Below are positions 51,927 to 64,000 of a DNA stretch of 64,000 nt, in pieces. Both the position numbers and the translations under genes were made by a program. The stretch is taken from the NCBI GenBank assembly GCA_047495785.1, contig JBLDXI010000013.1, positions 2,914,001-2,978,000 of the forward strand, read 5' to 3'. Within the stretch, counting starts at the first letter, position 1. The number at the start of each line of letters is the position of its first letter. A model generated the notes under the pieces. The model searched no databases. It worked only from the letters and a program-made list of their open reading frames with translations, and was not told where the DNA came from. Source of the DNA: Lepidodermella squamata (Eukaryota; Animalia; Gastrotricha).

Positions 51927-52204
51927 TTTTTTAGGTGATCGCCCCCATAACATTGGCAAACAAAAAACGATTCCTCGCCCGCTCTATACACCACCGTGTT
52001 TTCATTAATTATTCATAATTTGACAAGTGCGCGACCTCCCGAATCCCCATTTGAATATCAAAAACTGCAACGAAAACAATTTTATTCCAGCAAAAACATG
52101 AACTGTCGGGGTTGGTGACGTCACAAGAAACAAAGGCGGGGTTCCAGCGGGGTCAAATTTACAGAATTATTAGTCAGTAATAGAGTGATGTGACGTCAAA
52201 CACG

Positions 52205-54552
52205 TCAAACACGGCGATTCGGCTCATTCTGAAACAGGACCTTTCGCGTGGCCTGGAGCATAGCCGCATCTAGATAAGGATTTTTCTGAGTGCCATCCCA
52301 TTGCCCCAAGTTTGTACCGACAGGTGTTTGAGGGCGCCGAGACTCATCAACTGCCGCCACCCCATTCACCTTATTATCTTGTTGTTTACATTTAGGATAA
52401 ACGCAAAATATAGTTATCAGAATGGCTACAAGCAAAACCAGGCCGCCAATGCTGGCCCCAACTATTAGACCGATGTTGCTACCACCTTCTGAGCTCGAGT
52501 CACTGTTGGTGCCATTGCCTGTCTGGCCGGACTTTGAACCGCCTGAAACTGATACAACATCTTCACTAGTGCACGGGTTGGTTTGGGGTAGACACGATGA
52601 GAACAGCAATGGCTCTCCGATTTCAGCCAACATCATCGACCAAAGTTCAGAGTCCGCCATATAGGATGCTAGATCACTTTGAGCCATAACCCCAACATCT
52701 GCAGCACGTTTACGACGTTTTTTCGCGGTCTGAGCCGCCGTTCCGCCAGCTGCGCAATATTTTTGCGTGGCGACTTTGCTAATTAGATAAGTCGTTCTGA
52801 AGCAGCAACCATTCGCCTTTTTCGAGGTGTTTGCGTAGTTTGAATCGATTACGTCATCTTCTAGCAGGTACGAGAAAGTAGGCTGTTGCTTGAATGTATA
52901 CCCCGGGCAGCATTTTGTGTAGTTTGCCTTACAAGCCGTGCTCAGTTTCTGGGCAACATTTTTCTTGATGATCCTTCTCATAGAAAAATATTTGTCGAGA
53001 GTTGGAACTGGTGACCAAAGTAGATCAACTCCACAGGTTTGCTCTTCAACGGTCGCTTGGCATCGGGTTGGATTGTCGCATTGTTGATACTCCTTACTGC
53101 CATCGTCTTTCAAGCGCCATTGAACACCCATTCCACAAGTTTGAGAGCAGCTTGACCAAATGTTTTTTGATAACGAGGCAACAGGTGGCGCCATCTTTAG
53201 CAGATATCGATCACCTGCAGATACAGCATCAGATGATGATTTCGAAAGAGCGACCAGGGTAGAAACCATTGCGGCTTTGATTGATGCCGTTGTTCCGCTC
53301 TCCGAAGCTCTCTGTGTCGTGCTGGCTCCTGATTGGCTATCCTCGCTACCTGATTTAGAGCCACTAGCAGCTTTTGTACTTGCCTCTTCGTTGACCTTGG
53401 CAGCTGTCGACGCTGCTCTTTGAGTGGTTGAAACGTCACTACCACGAGTACTTGACGTCGACACGTCGCCGGAATTTTTCGTCGTTGCGCTGTCCTGGCT
53501 AGCTGGTTTGGTTGTGGCGGATGGCGTGCTCGTTCCAGAGTTTGAACCTGCGACATTCTCAGAAGCGGCTTGGGATGTGTTTGTTACCGACGAGCCATAT
53601 TTCGGCGTTGTATTTGCCGAGCTATTCGTTACAGCCGATCCAGACCCGCTGGTGTTGCTGGCTCTCTGTGTACTAACAGCCGTACCAGCCGCTGAAGGCG
53701 TTGTGTTGTTCACTTGACCGCCGGATGAAGAATTTGTAGCTGAAGATCTTGTGGTTGATTGCCAGGCTGCGGGGGAAGTTGTTGAACCATTCGATGATTT
53801 CTGAGTCGCACCCGACGTAGAGGTAGCATTGACATTCGACTTCATCGTTGTAGTTGTTCCGCTGTTCACATTCGTAGTATTGGAAATGGTACCGGCCTGG
53901 GTTGTATTAGTCGCTATGCGCTGAGTGGTTACGCCATTGCTTACTGTCGACTGTGTCAGGTAGCTATTAACACCTTGCGTCACATTTGTCACTGCGCGTT
54001 GCGTTGAGGTTGCGAATCCACCAACCGTGGAATTGCCAGGCGTTCCACATGTCGCACATGTCGTTACGGGTCGACTTGTGGTTGAAACTGGGTCATTTTC
54101 AATTGGCTCGCAAGTTGTCATGTTGATTGGAGGGTACTTCGTGCAAGAAAAGTTCGTGCAAACATTGCTTCCCGTCGTGCAATTCGTCATGACGAATCTT
54201 TCAAACGCAATTGGGCAATACGAGATATTGATTCTATGGGAAAATAAGCATTCAGTTGCATTATTTGACGTCCATCGTGTGCAGTTGACAATGTCGTAAG
54301 TACAGCTTTCGTTCGTTGGCCAGTTGAGAAAACCGACACTTTGGTAGTAAACAACTGACGGTTTTGCTGATGTAGTGATCTGGCTATTTCCTGTGCTTCC
54401 GGCTATTGTAGTGTTTTCTGGTCTTCGCGTTGAAGTCGATTGGGGAAAAACTTGACTTGCCAATGTCAGGGCTACTACAAAAGTGATTAAATGAATTTAG
54501 TAAATTTTTTCAGCTGAAATGACTCACTTAATAGCACAGCTAGCATTGCCAT
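52205..54552 (-). CDS. Type-I membrane protein, array member D (Cys-rich N-domain plus mucin stalk); exon 1 54552-54528
   Basis: MAMLAVLLIALTLA after splicing, small Cys-rich domain, S/T stalk, shared module with KKRRKR, and TM. Confidence 0.85.
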
Positions 54553-55197
54553 CGATATCAAATGATTATAATCGCCTCAGTTCTGATTTTTATTTTCAAT
54601 TTCAAAGAACTCTAAATGTTTCAGCGCACGCAAGCAGAGTGCTCTTAAGCGCGGCTGTAGCAACGCTTTGAACTGTATACGTCAATATATTTTAGCTGCT
54701 TGGTTCCGCCACCAATATTCGATAACATTAGTTGAACGCATCGAACAAACTCTACACACCTCGACAGCATTTGAGTGTTGAATTATAAACGCGCTGTTCG
54801 AAAAATATGTTTGCCTCGACGGCAATAATAGCGTCATTACCGCTGATGGATGATAATTCACCTCCTACTTGTCGCGGTGAGTTGATGATGCGAACGTCAA
54901 TTCATTAAATTTTTATGATTTCAGGCTGCCATGTTTTGCTGCCAACTTTGAAAAACTCAAGAACCAACTTATTGAATTGAACAATCAAACGGAATGCAGA
55001 AACAAAGTGCTTTATTTTTATGCTCAAATGCTGAAAGCTGTACATATTAAGGTGGAACCGGGATAAATGTGCAAGACATCAAGCTTTTCCTTATAGTGAA
55101 CTATGAGAGACGGATGCACAATACTGAAGACAGTCACTGTCACTGGTTCACAAGGGGTGATAATCACTGACGACATCGATCATCACGAAATATTGTC

Positions 55198-58100
55198 TTA
55201 AAAGCGCCGGCCTGCTCTGTGGGCTTTTGGATCATGAACCGGGCGAAAAGGTGGCTGGGATGCCGCCATCGGAACCTGTTCTTTGGCTTGAGTCTCAGCT
55301 TGTGTTATAGCCCCATTCAACTGAGCATTCTTAGCATCAATCCACATCTTATCCATGTTTGAGCCAACAGCAGACTGCAATCTGCGCTCTTCAGACCGGT
55401 CGCTGTCGATCTGTGTCTTATTTTTTCTTTTCTTTATGAACTTGGGGTAGATGTAACAATTAAAGAAAACTATGAAAACAATGAGTAAAGCTGCGCCAAC
55501 ACAAGCGCCGACGATAATGCCAACTTTGCTCTGATCACTAGACGCCGATTTAGCAGTTGTGGCATCTGAACCAGAAGAACCGCCTGAAGCTGAGCCAGAA
55601 GCAGTGGCAGTGAAGCCATCTTCTGTGACGCACGGGTTAGTTTGGGGTAGACAAGTAGAGAACAACAAAGGTGCGCCTATCTCGGCAAGCATAATCGACA
55701 TGAGATCCGTGTCTCCCATGAACCATTCGAGATCAGATTGGGATATCGTTCCAAGAGAAGTTGCTCGTTTCCTTCTATTACTCGGTATCCCACCAGCCAT
55801 GCAAAATTTCTGGGTTGCGAATGAGCTCAAAGTAAACGTAACTCGAAAGCAGCAACCAGTAGAGCTCTTTGACGTATTAGCATAATTTGAATCGATGATA
55901 TCATCAATCGTAACGTATGATATAGTAGGTGCCTTCAGAAACGTATAGCCAGGGCAACATTTCGTGTAATTCGCAGCACTGCTTTTGCAAACCGATGTCA
56001 GTTTCGTGGCTATAGCCTTTTTAAACTTTAAGCGGTCACTGAAATAGGTATCAATCGTTAGGACCGGCTTTATTAAAAGATCACAGCCTGATTTCTGCTC
56101 TTCGAGAGTACTCTCGCATCTCGGCAATGAAGGGTTCGAGCACTGCTGATATTCCTTAGTGCCATTGTCTCTCAGTCGCCATTGAATACCAAGACCACAA
56201 GTTGTAGAGCATGATGACCAAGATCTGGTGCTCAAGTTGATGGTAGAACTAAGCCAAGTGGCTAGATAGCGATCACCAACGACCAGTTTATCCGCTGTTA
56301 GGCTTGAGCTGGCTAGATACCCGATATTGGCTACTCCGGCGCTCGCAATCGTCATTGCCTCTGCTTGATTAGTAACAACTGAGTTTACCGCTGTCGTGGC
56401 TTGTTGTTTAGTTGCTGAACCAGAAGAAGATGAACTAGGATTGTTGGAATTTGACTGTGTCGAAGACGCTTGATTGGCAGCAGTGGAAAGCGTTGAACTC
56501 GGATTATTAGAATTTGACTGCGTCGAAGACGCTTGATTTGCAGCAGTGGAAATCGCTGTAGAGGCTGTTGCAGCAGTCGGAGGAATGGAGCTTGATACAG
56601 CAGCTGCTTTTGTTGTCGCTGATGGTGATGTAGTTACTGCTGATTGAGCTGCGGTTGAAATCATTGAGTTCGAAGATGTTGAGCCAGATAAAGCAGTGTT
56701 TCCGGAACCAGCGGCGTTTCCGGAGTTCGAAGCAGTAGCGGCCTGCAACGGCGTCGTCATTGTACAATTCTGGTCAAAGCTAAAGGTGACATCATTCCAA
56801 CTCCAGCAGGGTCCAGTGAGATAGTTCGAGCTCCCTGTATCATTGGATGGACAAACGCTGTACCAGACCGGAGAATCAACAGACCAAGTGTAGCAGCCAT
56901 AGGTAGCAGGAGATGGCGTAGTCGCTACGTTATTCGTGCAGTTTTGCTGAAATTCCCAAAGCACATCGTCCCATTGCCAGCAAGGGCCGGAGTTATAGTA
57001 GGCACTTCCACCAGTTGCAGGACAGATATCTTCCCAGGTTGGAGAGCCCGTGTAAGCATTCCAGACATAACAGCCCCAAGTAACTGTTGAGGAATTGCTT
57101 GGTGGCGTCACAGTAAGAGCTCCCGTACAATTTTGCTCGAAACTCAAAGTGTACTGATTCCAAACCCAACAAGGCCCAGTCCAATAGTCTGAACTACCGA
57201 GGGCAGGGTCTGGACAAATGCTGAACCAGCTTGGGGTGTCGATGTACCAAGCAAAGCAGCCGCCCAAGTTGCTTGACGTCGAGTTACTGCAATTGTTGCT
57301 GAAATCTGAGGTGTTCTGATTCCATGCCCAGCACGGACCATTCCAATATTCATCGCTTCTCTCGGTAGAAATGCATGGATATTGCCAGAAAGGAGCCTGT
57401 GCGTTGGGATTCCAAGCGTAGCAACCGTAAATTGAAGAGCTTGAATTCGTGCAGTTTTGATCAAACTGCTGGGTGACGATGTTCCATTTCCAACATGGCC
57501 CTACCTGATAATCAGAGCTACCGCCAGAAATCGGGCATGGTGCATCCCAATTAGGTGCGCCAAGTTGGGCATTCCAAACGTAGCAACCAATCTGCAAAGA
57601 GTTTGAAGAGCAGTTGCTCTCGAATGCCCCTAACTCAGCTTTCCATTGCCAACATGGACCATTGAAGTAGTCATCGCTTCCATTTACCGGACAGGGTCTC
57701 TCCCAGTATGGCCGGCTTTCAAACGGATTCCATGCGAAACATCCCGGATCAGTCGCATTCGTACAGTTTTGTTCGAATTTTGAAATGGTGAAATTCCACG
57801 ACCAGCATGGGCCTTGGTAGACGTCATCACTGCTTTGATATTGCGGGCATGGATAGTTGTAAGTTGGTCCCCAAAACGTTGCATTCCACACGTAGCAGCC
57901 GTGCATAGTTGGAGCCGTGTAGTTGGTGCAATTCTGATCGAATTTCTGTAAGTCATAGTTCCAACTCCAACATGGGCCACTGTAATAGTTATCACTCCCG
58001 CCACTTTGAGGGCAATAACTGAACCAATTAGGACTGTTGTTTATTTCACTCCAAACGTAGCAGCCTGAGTAACTGCTCGTCGTTACTTCGCTGCAGTTTT

Positions 58101-58533
58101 GCATGAAATTACTTGTGATGTTGTCCCATGCCCAACACGGACCGTTGTAGTAGTTATCGCTGCCACCAGTTGAGGGGCAAGGATTTGTCCACGAAGGTGA
58201 ATATATGTCCCAGACGTAACAACCTGTGGTGTTCGTGCAATTTTGGATGTAGGAGTATGTGGTGTAGTTCCAGTGCCAACAGGGACCGTTATAGTAATCA
58301 AGACTACCCAGCGCGCTGTTACATGGTTCGTTCCATATTGGACCATTCCAACCTTGGTCCCATTGATAGCAGCCATTTGAAGTTACATTTGTAGAACCCT
58401 CTGTCGTAGTTGACTCTTGAAGTCTTACAGGACCAGCCAGCATCAAAGTCATCAATAAACCTGAATTAAGTCAACTTAATTTTATCAGCTAATATATATT
58501 TTCTCACTAACCTATAATTACTTCGGCAGTCAT
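55198..58533 (-). CDS. Type-I membrane protein, array member E (10 Trp/Cys repeats plus mucin stalk); exon 1 58533-58512
   Basis: Signal peptide after splicing, ten ~50-aa GC(Y/F)xW...C...GPCWxW...NC(T/S) repeats, shared module with RRKR, and TM. Confidence 0.88.
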
Positions 58534-58929
58534 TGCGCTTAGAATTATGACGATATTACCAAGTCAGGCATCTTCTTATGCTCGAATCATTGGTCGAGCA
58601 AATTTTCCGTCAGTAAAAGGATCAAAATTTACGAGACTGCACTCTCGTAAATCACTGCTCCGCCTGTATTTTCCCCGCCAAGCAACCTTAAGTATAAACA
58701 TGTCTCCTTTCACCCGTTCAATAATTCATAACTTTTAGCTTTTAAAATGTTATGGTGCTTTATTGTCCTTCTCATGATCAGTCAATAGATGTTCGAATGT
58801 TATTGTCAATCAAGGTTTGAGTTTGTGGGCGATACTGTGAGTTCATATCGCCCACGATCAAGGGAAAACAGACACCTCTTAAAGAGGGTGTTGATCCTAC
58901 GTCGAGCCTAAATCCGTCAAATGTACAAA

Positions 58930-59128
58930 TCGCGACTTCCGCGCCAGAACAGTGTGCCGGAAATAGAAACAAATCGCGTAAAACTAACTTTTTGCATCTT
59001 CGCCAAGTCAGTCCAGTCGCGTGCCTGATTGCTGGAAAAAAAGTTTAACGCCAGTTTTTTCTGCGCATCAAATACATTACGCCATTTGTTTCTATTTCCG
59101 GCACACTGTTCTGGCGCGGAAGTCGCGA
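58930..59128. mobile_element. MITE-like element with 45-bp perfect inverted repeats
   Basis: tcgcgacttccgcgccagaacagtgtgccggaaatagaaacaaat (58930-58974) and its exact reverse complement at 59084-59128. Confidence 0.75.
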
Positions 59129-59283
59129 AATAAAAAATCAGTCCTTGGAGGTGGCAAATTTATTGCATATACAACAGCCTAAGCAACAAAATGACAAAAT
59201 TCGAAGAATACAAAATTTTAAAATGTTTACTGCCGATAAATCAAATACATGAATCATAATCTGAAATGTTATGCTGTTTGGAG

Positions 59284-62010
59284 TTACACGTCTTGTATGA
59301 TGCTTCTGCTTTTAGAGGCCCGATCTCTAGAAAAAAGTATCTCGTCAGCTTGGGCCAAAACTTTCTGCAAGTATAATTCGGCCGTAGTTTTGTTCATTGT
59401 TGTACCAACTGCAGATTGTAAACGGCGCTCTCCCGATCGCTCGGTCTCCGGCTGAACCTGATTATGCTTCTTCTTTAGGTATTTCGGGTATACGTACAAA
59501 GCGAAGACAACGAAGAAAACGACTATTAAGATGGCACCATTGCACAAGCCAATGATAATGTTAGTGATATTGCCTGATTCAGCCGCAGCTGCATTCGATT
59601 CAGCGGAGTTGATCTTCGTCGTTCCTGATGATTGAGGTGCAAACCCGTCCTCTAACTCGCATGACTTAGTCTGCGGTAGACAGGTTGCGAAGGACAAAGG
59701 CGCGTCTATCTCTGCTAGCATCAGCGACAGAACGTCCGTTTCGTCCATAAACGACTTGAAGTCAGCCTGCGAAATTAGGGCCGAATCCGCCGCCCGCTTA
59801 CTCCTCACGTTGATCATCCCGCCAGCTTGGCAGAATCTCTGCGTTGCAATTTGGTTCAGCGTATAAGTCACTCGAAAGCAGCAACCTGGTGCGTTTTTCG
59901 ATGTGTTCGCGAAGTTTGAGTCAATGATGTCATCAATCGAGACGTATGGGATATTCGCTGGCTTTGAATACATGTAACCAGGGCAACATGTTGCAAAATT
60001 AGACGAGCTGCTTTCGCACATCCCTGTTAATTTCGTGGCGATAGCTTTCTTTATTTTCAGCCGATAGTTAAAGTAGGTGTCCAATGTAATGACAGGCTTT
60101 ATCAACAAATCGAAGCTCGATCTTCGTTCCCTAATTGTACTTCCACATCGAGGCGTATCTGGGTTCGAGCATTGTTGATACTCTTTGGTGCCGTTTTTTA
60201 TCATTCGCCATTGGATACCAAGACCGCATCTAGATGAGCATTTTGACCAAGCCCGGGACAAAGTCACAGCGGAGCTGAGCCAGGTAGAAAGATAGCGGTC
60301 GCCGACCACTAATTTCTCAGGAGTAAGAGTGGAATCTGCAAGCTCAAGCAGGTTTCTTGTTCCCGCGTTAGTCTCGGTAGAATTTCCGACTTTTGTGGAT
60401 GGATCTTTAACGTTATTAACTGTTGACGATTTTGCAGAGGTTGACAAAGTAGCTGCGCTGGTTGGAAGTACTGTTGATTTGACCGAAGCAGACGTTGACA
60501 TTACATGCAACATGGACAATGAGTTGAATGCTGTCGGTCGATTCGGTTCTGAATAAGGTGAACTGCTAGAAACAATGTTTGAAGCAGCGACCGTCGTCTT
60601 GATCGGAGTTGTTGATGAAAAACCATTCGGCTCAGAAGATTTTAACATCTGCGACAACGTTGTTTCAGCAGAAGAAGCTGAGATAGATTGGGAAACGGCA
60701 GAAGTCGAGGGCAGCTTTGACCAAGTTGTTGCCGATATTTCTCCGATGACAGTAGGCAGCAATTCAATAGGTGATGTATTCAACGTTGTTAATTGAGCCT
60801 CAAAATGAGGAGATGATGAGCTCGGAGCTGTATCGGCTGAAGTTTCGTAAGGGATTACCGTCGTAGTCTGATCCGAGGATATCTCACCATTTTGAGTTAT
60901 CCCTACATAGATTAATGATGCTGCGTCGGCTTTACTTTCAGAACCTGTGGACATTTCTAATCCCTTTGTTATTGAGCTTAGTTCAAACCCCAGACTAGAC
61001 GTTCCATTGGACAATGAACCTTCGTCCGATGAATATGATGTAGCGTAATCCAGTGTCGATGAAGCTTCCGTGATGATTGATGTTTCGTCAAGTATCGATT
61101 GATCTGACGTTTTGCTTAGCATTGTATCCGGACTGGTTTCATTCGCAGATGGATCCGTTGAAAAGCCAGTTTCCTCAATGGTTTGCTCTGGCGAACTGTC
61201 TGCTGCCACGTCGGTTGTAGTCTGCTCATTTGTGGCTTCCTTCAGCATTGATGTTAATATTGCTGGCACCGAAACTTCCTCCTCGATGGTAGAAGCACTG
61301 AGCTCTTCAACAGTTCCAGTGGATACCCTTGGGGCTGTTTCGGTGATAGTCTCTTGCGATGTCGGTGACGTGTATTGAAAATTAGACGAAATAAAAGTGA
61401 TTTCAAGTTCGGATTCGGTTGCGTCTGAAGTAGGGTAAGTATATCCATCCTGCACTGTTCCGAGGCTTGAAATGCTCGGCGTTGTCTCAATGGCTGAAAC
61501 TGTAGATTCCACTGCAGTCATCAAGGAGGTGCAATTCTGGTCGAAAGATGAGTTCGAAATCGCAATCCAACACGGACCATGAAGCAAGTCATCGCTGCCA
61601 CCAGCTGGAGGGCACGGTTCAACCAGCTCTGGACGATCGTTAGTGTCACTCCAAATCGCACAATTAGCTGGACAAGGGTCCCTCCAATACCATGAAGCTG
61701 CCGAGTTCCAGAGGAAACAACCAGTGTTAGCCAGCGTGATATTGAAGCATGAAGATATGTCATGCGTAGCAGTGTCGTTGTTCCAGACGTAACATAGTCC
61801 TATTTATTCATGCAATTTCATCTGAGGTTATTTGTACATGTTACTTTAGCTTTGCGGCTTACCGGAGTAGTAATCTAAAGTCCATTCATTTCTGACGCAT
61901 GTCTCTTGCCAAGATGGAGCGTTTGACTTGGGGCTCCATTGGAAGCACCCGTTTTGCGCTGATACCGACATTATAGTCGTTATCATCAAAAGGCTTGACA
62001 TATACAACAT
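59284..62010 (-). CDS. Type-I membrane protein, array member F (about 2-3 degenerate Trp/Cys repeats plus acidic mucin stalk); exons 62010-61863, 61799-59284
   Basis: MLYMSSLLMITTIMSVSAQNGCFQW... exon spliced through a GT-AG intron into the long ORF. Shared module with RSKR, and TM. Confidence 0.85.
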
Positions 62011-62449
62011 CTGTGCCATAGGTAGTTGTGTATGATTTCAATTTCTCTCTGGAGTATGTAACAAAACAAAACAATAGTCAAATCGCAATTGTCTCTCCGC
62101 CCAATAAACGCCGTTTGAAAAATTAATTGTCTGTGCTCCCACTCGTGCGCATTATATTATTATTCATCAACACTTTATGGGTGTGATCGTCCATTTTTTG
62201 TGATCAGAGTTCGATTAAGGTGCGTGGGGCAAGGCGGCACATGTGGGACGAAAGCGAACTCCCACGCATCCTCTTGGACTATCAATTTTTTGTGTTGTAT
62301 TTTTAGCCCTAATACTTATGGACGGACTGAAAAATAGTGAATTGTGGGTAAAAATCCACACGAGCGCTTGCGCAATCAAGGCGCGCGACTTTGCCAAAGG
62401 AATCAATCAATGAAATATAGATTTTTCGATTTAAGCCATTGAATAAACG

Positions 62450-63963
62450 ATGCAGCTTTATCTTGTGTTGATTGCCCTTATTTCAGGAGCGTTTGCCGAG
62501 AAAACACTCAAACAAGTTCGCCGTGAACTGCGAAAATTTAGCGAACTGCCTGAGGTTGGCCAAATTTATCGATTTCGAAGCGAACCTAACCAATGGGTGA
62601 CAGTTGCGCCTCATTCACTGCAGAATCTCTTCCTGTCCAAGATTTTCCTAATTTTCCCCCACGAAGCCGGAAGCTTTGAGTCGATTGTTTGGAAAAACGT
62701 CCTGGCAGTTGGTTTGAAGAAGGAGGTTCAATTTGCTGATGTTTTACTTCTTGATCGAGTTCCTCAAACTGGAAGCGCCGCTGTAGACTTGATTTACAAA
62801 TCGCTCCCTACTCGAGTCCCTGGGAGCGCAATTCACTGCATTGGGGTTGGCTTCGGCACTCGACTCTGCGCTATTCTCGGCAAACTGTTGCTCGACGAAC
62901 ATGGAGACGGTCTCGCTCGCATCACTGCCCTCGATCCAATGGGGAAAATGGAGGTGGAATTGGCAGGCAATGATGCGGATCTCAGAGCTCCTATCGACTT
63001 TGATCTAGTCGACGTCGCTGGTTTTGTCGATGCTTACCACACTTCGTTTTTAGGCACGAAAGACCTCGTAGGCGACGTCGATGTTTTCGTCAATTCAGCC
63101 ATCATTCAACCTGAATGCCTGCCCCTCAGCCTCGCGACTGAAATTATCAACGTTTGCCACGAAAGTCGCTTGAAATGCCCGCCGATGGACACGTTACACA
63201 GCTGCGCGTTTGGAAACAACTGCCCTAGGAGCCTGATTGATGAACTCGATGAAGCCGTCAGATCGGCCCCTAACTACGCTGCTCAGTATGATTCGCGCTA
63301 TTCGGAAGATATTTATCTGATGTTCCGGCCTTCGCAAGAGCGTGCGGCTCTGTTATTTGCATCCTCGCTGCAGCCTTACGTCAACTGCCCAGCTTGTAAA
63401 CCTAACCTCAACTACAAAATGTGCCCATGTGACGAAGCTACACTCCTAAGGGTAAGCTTATCACAACTAATAATAACCAAGTAGCTTCGCTCATTTTTCA
63501 GAAAATTTTGAAATTATTGAATCTATTTATTTTTAAGTGGGTATCGATTTTGTAGAGAATTGCGATTTTTGATTCCATGTAGGACGGACGCCGTTAATCC
63601 ATTAGCTCTAATCCAAAACAGTGTCTCTTAGCAGACCAAATTTTTTAGCTTGACAGAAACATCCTAATGCATCGTATTTTATCTTATATTTTCCTGATTT
63701 TTCTGACAAAAATCACGAAACCCGAAGAAACTTTTTTCCGCTAAAATCAAGCCTAAATCATTTCTAAGGCATTATTTTTGCTTCTTTTTTAGAATTACGA
63801 AGAATGTCCCAAGAAATGTGCCAAGCCAGAAAATTTCGGCATCAAGCTTCGTACTAATGCGACTGGAACCTTCCACGTCTCAACTTCCGGCTGGTGGCCC
63901 TACTTCGAATGCGTCACTGACGAAGACTTTGCAGTTCTCGACCCCAACGCCCGCCCAGTTTGA
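62450..63963 (+). CDS. Secreted pancreatic-lipase-family alpha/beta hydrolase, catalytically inactive; exons 62450-63451, 63793-63963
   Basis: Signal peptide. IHCIGVGFG in place of VHLIGHSLG, RITALDP, FVDAYHT, GDVDVFVN...QPEC. Last exon GTFHVSTSGWWPY resembles the end of the lipase domain. Confidence 0.8.
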
Positions 63964-64000
63964 AAGAGCGAAAAATCGCAAATTTCCGTTGGACTGAATC

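Noticed and set aside
56761-58374. CRISPR-like or DNA-level repeat array
   Set aside because: Repeats are conserved at the protein level only, inside a eukaryotic ORF.

Overview
Eukaryotic genomic DNA from an invertebrate animal with a compact genome: many GT-AG introns of about 50-60 bp and no obvious CpG depletion. Gene models were built by hand from the ORF track plus splice sites. In order: 3' part of an RPGRIP1L/fantom gene; a CAS-family (p130Cas-like) adaptor; three tandem 2-EF-hand genes; a prolyl 4-hydroxylase alpha; a spalt/SALL zinc-finger gene; an atypical H-NOX soluble guanylyl cyclase whose cyclase domain has lost its catalytic residues; a ~400-nt structured Pol III-type ncRNA candidate; a secreted triple knottin-like peptide; a clan-3 cytochrome P450; a tRNA-like element with a non-canonical anticodon arm; an FABP; a TRPC channel flanked by a secreted His-brace (LPMO-like) gene and a truncated paralog of it; six tandem type-I membrane proteins sharing a TSP1-like plus Cys-rich furin-site module; and a catalytically dead lipase. 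The strongest novelty candidates are (1) two minus-strand structured RNAs 5 kb apart that share a ~29-nt motif, (2) the six-gene receptor array, including an unrecognised Trp/Cys repeat, (3) the LPMO-like protein, and (4) the O2-type H-NOX pseudo-cyclase. No database searches could be run, so all family calls rest on motif recognition.
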